Of a DNA stretch of 39,819 nucleotides, positions 18,430 to 24,638 are shown piece by piece. Positions within the stretch are counted from its first letter, which is position 1. Each line of letters begins with the position of its first letter. The notes under the pieces are model-generated. The model had not been told where the DNA came from and searched no databases. It saw only the letters and a program-made list of their open reading frames with translations. The stretch comes from an uncultured Phycisphaerae bacterium (GTDB lineage: Bacteria; Planctomycetota; Phycisphaerae; Sedimentisphaerales; Anaerobacaceae). Where the stretch lies: positions 1-39,819 of the forward strand of contig CBFDDG010000001.1 of NCBI GenBank assembly GCA_965603505.1. The letters are read 5' to 3'. The translations under genes and the position numbers were made by a program.

Positions 18430-19617
18430 TTAGTCAGTACCGACGGTTAGAGGGAGACTGCCCGGCGGTGTCCGCGCGGCGATGCTCAGCAGGACCCCCA
18501 CCGCCAAAGAGGAAAGCAACATGCTGGTTCCACCGGCGCTGAGGAACGGCAGCGGAATGCCTTTTGTGGGCAGCACAACGGTCACGACGCCGATATTGAG
18601 GGCGGCCTGGGTCGCGATGGTCAGCACGATCCCCGCCGCCAGCAGCCGGCCGAACCGGTCCGGGCACCGCAGCACGACCGCTAACCCCAGAAGAACAAAG
18701 AGGATAAAGAACACGAGAATTCCGACCGTTCCAATCAGACCCAGTTCTTCGCCTACGATGGCGAAAATGAAATCGGTCGTATCCTCCGGCAGATGGCCGT
18801 ACTTGCAGACGCCACGTCCGAGTCCCTTGCCCCAAAGACCGCCGGACCCGATGGCAATCAGCGACTGGTTGGCTTGGTACGCCACCGATTCGCTCCAGCG
18901 GTCAGGGTCCAGAAACGCGGCCAGACGGACCAGGCGGTGGGGCGAGTGGAATAGAGCGGCTACAAACCCCGCTATGCCAAAGGGCAACAGCGTCAGCACG
19001 TGCCACCATTTGACCCCGGCAATGATCAGCATCACAAAGCTGACCAGCGCGATGAACGCAGCCGTTCCGAAGTCTTCAATCACGACCAGTCCGCACACAA
19101 GCCCAATCAGCACGCACACCGGCAGAAACCGCTTCCAGTATAACCGTATCTCCGGCCCAGCCTTGGCACACGTTCCGGCCAGGAAGAAGACCATCATCCA
19201 CTTCGCCAGTTCGGAAGGCTGAAAGCTGATGCTGACCGGGCCGAGCGGGATGCGAAGCCAGCGCCGGGCTTGGTGGATCTCCGTGCCGAGCGAGGGAACG
19301 AGTACGACGATAAGCAGTAGGACAGCAAGGATTAACAGCCATACCGTCGGGCACTTGTACCAACGCGAGCGAAAGCTCCAAACCCGGTAGTCCGGCGTCG
19401 ACGCCGCAAATAGCAGCACGACCGCAATCGGGAAGAACATGATCTGGCGCAGGCCCGGGAAGTCGTAGAAACGCCGCAAGTCGAACTCATGCCCGAGATT
19501 CGCACCGGCGGAAAAGACCATCACCGCTCCGGTTGCCATCAGGAATAGAATGACTGTGGCAATCGCGTCGGCCAGCCGGCTCCGCATTTCATTCATAACA
19601 TCTTTTGCGGCAAGCAT
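18430..19617 (-). CDS. ftsW: SEDS-family peptidoglycan glycosyltransferase (FtsW/RodA/SpoVE); context with murG suggests FtsW
   Basis: 395-aa polytopic membrane ORF with family motifs: ...RRWLRIPLGPVSISFQPSELAKW..., SLIAIGSGGLWGKGLG, HLPEDTTDFIFAIVGEELGLIG and GIPLPFLSAGGTS. Confidence 0.88.
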   Translation of the reverse strand: MLAAKDVMNEMRSRLADAIATVILFLMATGAVMVFSAGANLGHEFDLRRFYDFPGLRQIMFFPIAVVLLFAASTPDYRVWSFRSRWYKCPTVWLLILAVLLLIVVLVPSLGTEIHQARRWLRIPLGPVSISFQPSELAKWMMVFFLAGTCAKAGPEIRLYWKRFLPVCVLIGLVCGLVVIEDFGTAAFIALVSFVMLIIAGVKWWHVLTLLPFGIAGFVAALFHSPHRLVRLAAFLDPDRWSESVAYQANQSLIAIGSGGLWGKGLGRGVCKYGHLPEDTTDFIFAIVGEELGLIGTVGILVFFILFVLLGLAVVLRCPDRFGRLLAAGIVLTIATQAALNIGVVTVVLPTKGIPLPFLSAGGTSMLLSSLAVGVLLSIAARTPPGSLPLTVGTD

Positions 19618-20103
19618 TTATCTTAAGACGTTACCCTCGGCAGGGTCCGGAAACGCTGTCCCTGTCTTATCTTTTCGGCAAATCTGCATTTTCCTCTGCA
19701 AAAATAGTCAACGCGGCACGGGCTGTACCGCCGCACCGTGTAGAAGGCAAGAACTGGGAGCACGACAGTGAGTTGGTGAACGGTTGGAAGCTGGTATACG
19801 AACCCTGGTAGCGCGGCAATCGACCCGTCGAGAAGGCTCATTGAGGAGTGGGGCATGCCTGTAGCAAGGGTCGTGAAGAAGCATGGTTTGTACACCCGGC
19901 CAATGGGATAGAAGGTGGAAGCTCATGAGGTTCTGGTAGCGTGAGTGACACGTGCCCAGGCTACGATGCGACCCCAGAGAGGACATGGATTGAAAGGCCC
20001 TCTTCCAAGTTCTTGCTGTGAGTTCTGTTCGTTGCAGTCTGATGTTTGGTTTATCGTCGCTCTCTCCCACGGCACGTCCGTACTATGTGCGGACGTGACA
20101 GGG

Positions 20104-20166
20104 CCTGCCGCTCGCGTCGCGGCCGGCCAGGACCAGCAGGAATGCTGCCGACCGCGACGCACTTTT
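20104..20166 (+). repeat. hairpin + T-tract module, copy 1 (CCTGCC-N4-GCGTCGCGG ... CCGCGACGC-acTTTT)
   Basis: Stem 20114-20122 pairs with 20152-20160 (9 bp) and extends by 4 more bp after one mismatch. CCTGCC sits at 20104-20109 and TTTT at 20163-20166. Confidence 0.55.
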
Positions 20167-20215
20167 GAGAGCTGAGCTTAACTACGGCTGATCCAGGCGA
20201 TCACGGATGATCTGG

Positions 20216-20278
20216 CCTGCCCTTTGCGTCGCGGCCCACACAGGCCTACACGGACGTTCCTGCCGCGACGCTTTTTTT
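20216..20278 (+). repeat. hairpin + T-tract module, copy 2 (intrinsic-terminator-like on + strand)
   Basis: CCTGCC is at 20216-20221. Stem GCGTCGCGGC (20226-20235) pairs with GCCGCGACGC (20262-20271), 10 bp around a 26-nt loop. It is followed directly by TTTTTTT (20272-20278). Confidence 0.6.
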
Positions 20279-20352
20279 GTTTTCCTGCTTCTCGCCGGCG
20301 CAAGGCCATGCCCCGGCGACGGGCAAACGTCGTCACACGGCGACCCTACATA

Positions 20353-20418
20353 CCTGCCTCTTGCGTCGCGGCCTATTCCGCCCAACATCCAACCGCCCCG
20401 GCCGCGACGCTGCTTTTT
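20353..20418 (+). repeat. hairpin + T-tract module, copy 3
   Basis: CCTGCC is at 20353-20358. Stem GCGTCGCGGCC (20363-20373) pairs with GGCCGCGACGC (20400-20410), 11 bp around a 26-nt loop. It is followed by tgcTTTTT (to 20418). Confidence 0.55.
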
Positions 20419-20596
20419 CATCGCGCCGAAGCACCAACACCTCGCCTCGGATACTCTCGGCCGGCCCATGGCGTTCCCGTCGTTGACATGGCAGGTCATG
20501 CAGGCCCGGCATCGGAAACCGCAATGGGCAATCACATGTCTCAGACGGCCCTCCGCTCGACACGACAGACTGCGAGAGGCTCAGGCGCAGTCGGGA

Positions 20597-22759
20597 CTAC
20601 TCGACCTCCCCCGTCACAGGCGCATATTCATAGGCGCCCATGTCGGCGGCGACACCACACGGACGCGGATGGCCGTCGCGGTCGGTCTCGGGGGCCTGGG
20701 TCGTGTCGGCTGTATCGATGGCCGGCGAGCCGCGGAGAAGGTGAACATCAAGGGTGTCGAGATCGGCGAACAACGGGTCGGCATCGATGTTGCCTTCGCC
20801 CCAGGTGACGGTGGAATGCTGGCCGGAGACGGAGATGCCGTCGCGGCCGCCCTCGATGTCGCTGTACAACACCGTAATATGGGAGCCGCGGTCAGCGATC
20901 TCCGTGTTCGAGCTGTCGGCGAGAGCGATCGGCGTGCTGCAGTCCCAGATGATGCAGTTGACGACGGTGGCGATCCCGCCGCCGGGATTGAGTCGGTACG
21001 GCGGACCCCAGCGGCCGAGATCGAACAGCCGCAGCCCGCGCCCGCAGCCGACGATCGTGTTGTTGATCAGCGTCGCCGTGCTCGAGTTCTCGATCGCGAT
21101 GCCGCCGTTGGCACAGTCGATCACCACATTGTTGATTAGAATCGGCGAGCCTTCATCACGCAGGACGATCCCGTGGTCGTCGGTACCGGCGATGAGGTTG
21201 CCCACGATGACGGGCGAGCAGCGGGTCGGGTTGATCGCATCGTCATGGTCCGGGTCGAGGAAGATGTTGTTCCGGATCAGCGGCGGCGGCGTGCTCTCGC
21301 CCCAGAGATCGACGTCGTCGTTGTCCCCGCGCTTGCCGGTGAAGAAGCAGTCCTCAACCAGGACATGCGAGAAACGCGTGTGGACGCCCTGCCCGATGCC
21401 AAGGAAGTCGCAGCCGGAGATGCGAGCGGTCGCCTCGCCCGGATAGTTCGGGTCGTCGGAGATGATCGCGATGGCATCGCCCTCCGCGCCGTGGCTGTCG
21501 TCCGGGAGCCTCTGGAAGGTGCAGTTGTTGACATCGATATGGCAAGCGAGGACCACCACGGCCTCATGGTAATCTCTCGGCCCGGGCTCGTAGTAGTCCT
21601 GGTGGGCCCCCTCGCTGTCGGCGTACTCGATGACGCAATGATTCAGCCGGCTTTCGACCGCCTTGACAAACAGGATCTGCTTCCACGTCGCGGCGTTGCC
21701 ATAATGGGTGAAGCGGATCGGCTGCTGGTCCGTCCCGTCCGCCAGGAGTTGCCCCTCGACGACGATGGAGACATCGTTCTTCATCAGGACAACCGTCCCC
21801 GGTTCGACCTTGAGGACTCTTTCAGCCGGAACCGTCAAGGTATCCTCGACAAGATACGCCCCCGACAAGGTGAGATCCTCCGTCAGCTCGCCGGAGATGT
21901 GATTCGCCTCCGACACGTAGACAATCTCCATCGAGCCGGCATCCACTTCGTTGGCATCGGCATCAAGGGCCCGTGCAGTGACCGTGTTCAGGCCGGGAAG
22001 GAGCGTGATATCCGCCTGCCAGGTGCCGTCGTTCGCATCGAAGTCTGTTGACAGCTCCCCGATCATTACGGCCGCCGTGCCGGCGGCATCGGTCCGACCG
22101 GTGAGCGCCACCGTTTCCGTCGTCACGATGTACGTATCGCCGGTTCGGACGGTGTCGGGAGCGGTTCGAAGGGCCGGAATCAGGGAAAAGTCACTGCTGG
22201 TGAGCGAAATGTTGTGGCCTTCGATCGCGAGGAGGTTGCCGCCCTCCTTGAGCAGGTCTCCCGCACGCCCCAGGATGATAATCTCCGGTGTCCCGGCCTC
22301 GTGGGAGGCGGCGGTCGTCGTGTGCGTGGCGGGGCCCGCGGGCATGGATCGCCGAGCGACCTCCCGGCTGTTCAGATAGGCGATGAACCCGTCATCATAA
22401 TCGATTGCCAGCTCCAATACGGCCTCGGGCGCCACGGAGGCAACGGAGAACTCCTTCCGGATGTAGACCGTGAGGTAGCTGCCCCGCATATCGTCAAGAA
22501 TGGTGGCGTCGTCGTCGTCCCCAAAACCGAAACCGGCCGGCCCGGTCTCCCAAGCGGAGTCATCGAAACCGATCTCCTTCCAGGCATCGTCCGGCACGCT
22601 GGCCGGTGCCGTACCCCGGTAGAACCTCCATGCCTCACCCGGTGAGACGAAATCCGCACCCTCGGACCCGAGATGCAGGGTCATCGCACTGACGCCGCCA
22701 CAGACGGCTATGAGCACGACGACAACAGTGAACAAGAATCTGCCACAAGACCGTTTCAT
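20597..22759 (-). CDS. secreted right-handed parallel beta-helix repeat protein with N-terminal jelly-roll/sugar-binding-like domain
   Basis: The track ORF is 20597..22798 and starts at a TTG. The ATG at 22759 (MKRSCGRFLFTVVVVLIAVCGGVSA, a signal peptide) has a GGAGG at 22767-22771, 7 nt upstream. The N-terminal FDDSAWETGPAGFG motif is followed by beta-helix-type repeats (NNTIVGCG, VVNCIIWDC, ...), and the protein ends with DMGAYEY. Confidence 0.8.
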   Translation of the reverse strand: MKRSCGRFLFTVVVVLIAVCGGVSAMTLHLGSEGADFVSPGEAWRFYRGTAPASVPDDAWKEIGFDDSAWETGPAGFGFGDDDDATILDDMRGSYLTVYIRKEFSVASVAPEAVLELAIDYDDGFIAYLNSREVARRSMPAGPATHTTTAASHEAGTPEIIILGRAGDLLKEGGNLLAIEGHNISLTSSDFSLIPALRTAPDTVRTGDTYIVTTETVALTGRTDAAGTAAVMIGELSTDFDANDGTWQADITLLPGLNTVTARALDADANEVDAGSMEIVYVSEANHISGELTEDLTLSGAYLVEDTLTVPAERVLKVEPGTVVLMKNDVSIVVEGQLLADGTDQQPIRFTHYGNAATWKQILFVKAVESRLNHCVIEYADSEGAHQDYYEPGPRDYHEAVVVLACHIDVNNCTFQRLPDDSHGAEGDAIAIISDDPNYPGEATARISGCDFLGIGQGVHTRFSHVLVEDCFFTGKRGDNDDVDLWGESTPPPLIRNNIFLDPDHDDAINPTRCSPVIVGNLIAGTDDHGIVLRDEGSPILINNVVIDCANGGIAIENSSTATLINNTIVGCGRGLRLFDLGRWGPPYRLNPGGGIATVVNCIIWDCSTPIALADSSNTEIADRGSHITVLYSDIEGGRDGISVSGQHSTVTWGEGNIDADPLFADLDTLDVHLLRGSPAIDTADTTQAPETDRDGHPRPCGVAADMGAYEYAPVTGEVE

Positions 22760-22806
22760 GGAAGATCCTCCGTAGACCCGGATTAATGTTACAGGCAATC
22801 GTCGTT

Positions 22807-22812
22807 ATTATA
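22807..22812 (-). promoter_or_regulatory. candidate -10 hexamer (TATAAT) for the beta-helix protein gene
   Basis: The minus strand reads ggTATAATaacg, a perfect consensus hexamer about 48 nt upstream of the ATG at 22759. No convincing -35 hexamer is present. Confidence 0.3.
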
Positions 22813-22905
22813 CCACAGCCCCCGGGGAAATGCCGCCAGAAAAACCGCGAGCACCCCATGGATCCGGCAAGTCTTGACGATCGCGTCGCGAAGGAATGAA
22901 GGACG

Positions 22906-23316
22906 TCAGCAGGCCGCCACGTCCTGGAACCGGGCGCCGAAGTGCGTCCCACCTTCGAGAACGGTGTGAATCGCCGCGATCAGCTCGTCGAAGTCACAAT
23001 CCTTCAACAAGTAGGCGCGGGCCCCGGCTTTGTACATCTCCCGGGCGTACCGCCGGGACGTATGCATGGACAGTCCGATGATTCTGATATCGGGATTCTC
23101 ACTGTGGATTTGCCGGGTGGCCTCGATGCCGTTGAGCCCGGGCATGCTGATATCCATGATGACGACATCGGGGGCCAGTTCCCGCGCGAGTTCCAGCGCT
23201 TCGTAGCCGGCTTTCGCCTGGCCCACAACCTCCATACCCTCCTGCTCCTGAAGGAACCTGCTCAGACCCTGAAGCACGATCGTGTGGTCGTCCGCCACAA
23301 GGATGCGAATACTCAT
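22906..23316 (-). CDS. stand-alone response-regulator receiver (REC) domain, NarL/FixJ-like, no output domain
   Basis: The track ORF is 22906..23364. From the ATG at 23316 the product reads MSIRILVADDHTIVLQGL...PDVVIMDISMPGLNG...IIGLSMH...AYLLKD. This gives the acidic pocket DD, the phospho-acceptor D in VIMDISMP, and the conserved S and K. AAGGAGGT lies at 23326-23333 upstream. The protein stops about 15 aa after the REC domain and has no LuxR-type HTH. Confidence 0.85.
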   Translation of the reverse strand: MSIRILVADDHTIVLQGLSRFLQEQEGMEVVGQAKAGYEALELARELAPDVVIMDISMPGLNGIEATRQIHSENPDIRIIGLSMHTSRRYAREMYKAGARAYLLKDCDFDELIAAIHTVLEGGTHFGARFQDVAAC

Positions 23317-23422
23317 CGGACTCAGACCTCCTTGTCTGCTCTTGAGTTCCTCAATCCGGCTCATCGCCGAAGCCCGGAGGCACTATTTGCGTCCCTTCCG
23401 TGCTCCGGTCCTCGACGAGTCA

Positions 23423-23451
23423 AGCGTAAGACGCCCTCCCCTGCGCGTCAA
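23423..23451 (-). promoter_or_regulatory. candidate sigma70-like promoter (TTGACG-17-TACGCT) upstream of the receiver gene
   Basis: On the minus strand, TTGACG is at 23451-23446, followed by a 17-nt spacer and TACGCT at 23428-23423. This is about 100 nt upstream of the ATG at 23316. Confidence 0.25.
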
Positions 23452-23747
23452 GCCCTCCCACATGGGGAAAATCCTTAAGCCGCTCTCACCCATATTCCCT
23501 GTTGACGATACAGGCATCGCCCCGTATTCCACGGCATTCTACCTGCCTTGGTTTCCCATTTTCGGCGAGATCTCCCTGCTGTCAATCAACAATTCCCACG
23601 ACACGACGTTGATTTATCGCCTCGAATTGATGGCAGGACGAGAAGAGAGTCAGCATGCCCCATGCATGCCCGAGACCCCAGGCTGCGTGCCCTCAGGCGT
23701 AAGCCATACATGATCCCGATGCACGTCACAAATAGAGACATCCGCCG

Positions 23748-24617
23748 CTACATGTTGGGATCATTTCCACTCGCGTTGGGGTCGGCATCCGGATCAGGGG
23801 CATCCTGCCCTATCGACAGTGCGAGGACCGGCGCTCGCTCGAAAGCGCCCGAAGTGTATAGATCGACACCCCCTGCGTACAGGTACGAGGCAACGGCGAT
23901 GAGTTTGCCACAGGCGTCCAAGTCACCGGAGTCAATCGCTTCTTGCCTCTCGTCGAGACATGGACACTCCCAGACGCCCCGCCCATCACACCGCCTATTA
24001 TCACATCCAGCAATAATGCCGTCACCGCGACATTTCGGACAGTCTATAGAGTTGTCCGAGGTCGGGGGGCGATTTCCACGAGATTCCGAGCGTCTCACCC
24101 TGCCGTAGCCGCCACAGTAGGGGCAGACCATTATACCCAGGCCCCGACAGGTGTCACAGCAAACGAACCCGGTGTTGTCACAATCTCGACAACTGGGCGA
24201 CCGTCCCTTGGCTCGGCACTCCCTCCAGATTCGGCTGGGCATATTCGCGTCCCCGACAACCATCTCCGCCAGTTCCCGGACGTACGCAGACCTTGCCGGC
24301 TCCCGGAGCAGCTTGGCGGCTGCTTCAAATTGGCCCTTCACGCACTGGTCCAAGCCTCTGACAAGCTTATCGAGCAAGTCGCGATGCTCTTCCCTCACCT
24401 GGTTTCTGCGATTCTTCAACTCCAGGATTTTCCCTGTGTTGTTAGGATGCAGGCAATTGGGGTCGCTCAGAATCTCGTTAGCCAGAGCCTCGAACTTCTC
24501 AAGAAGATTTGGGTCCGAAGCAGTCGTGGATGGCCCACCCAGAAGGCGGGTTAAGCACACGACGACCAAAAGGCAAAACAGGCGATTCCTATTTGCGATT
24601 GATTCGTAGGCTCTCAA
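23748..24617 (-). CDS. signal-anchored protein with DnaJ-type cysteine-rich zinc-finger (CxxCxGxG) repeats
   Basis: 289-aa ORF starting at a TTG, with a GGAGG (24626-24630) 8 nt upstream. It has an N-terminal hydrophobic anchor (LFCLLVVVCLTRLLGG). Repeats at aa 143-220 are CRDCDNTG, CDTCRGLG, CPYCGGYG, CPKCRGDG and CDNRRCDGRG. Confidence 0.7.
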   Translation of the reverse strand: MRAYESIANRNRLFCLLVVVCLTRLLGGPSTTASDPNLLEKFEALANEILSDPNCLHPNNTGKILELKNRRNQVREEHRDLLDKLVRGLDQCVKGQFEAAAKLLREPARSAYVRELAEMVVGDANMPSRIWRECRAKGRSPSCRDCDNTGFVCCDTCRGLGIMVCPYCGGYGRVRRSESRGNRPPTSDNSIDCPKCRGDGIIAGCDNRRCDGRGVWECPCLDERQEAIDSGDLDACGKLIAVASYLYAGGVDLYTSGAFERAPVLALSIGQDAPDPDADPNASGNDPNM

Positions 24618-24638
24618 TGCATCTACCTCCCCGGCGAG

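Noticed and set aside
20104-20418. The three repeated GCGTCGCGGCC-containing units as a possible mini CRISPR array.
   Set aside because: Each unit is an inverted pair (stem-loop) rather than a direct repeat. The spacing is irregular (112 and 137 nt), the units end in T tracts, and no cas genes are present.
19623-20535. Small ORFs in the ftsW upstream gap (19623..19895, 19708..20070, 19923..20162, 19945..20175, 20182..20535) and the 5' part of 20207..21139. I also considered a known structured RNA here (RNase P RNA, tmRNA, SRP RNA, 6S RNA).
   Set aside because: None of the ORFs has protein-like composition or a ribosome-binding site, and several are built from the hairpin repeats. I could not find RNase P conserved blocks (GAGGAAAGTCC-type), a tmRNA tRNA-like 3' end or tag ORF, or the SRP domain IV GGAA-loop context. 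A covariance-model search is still needed.
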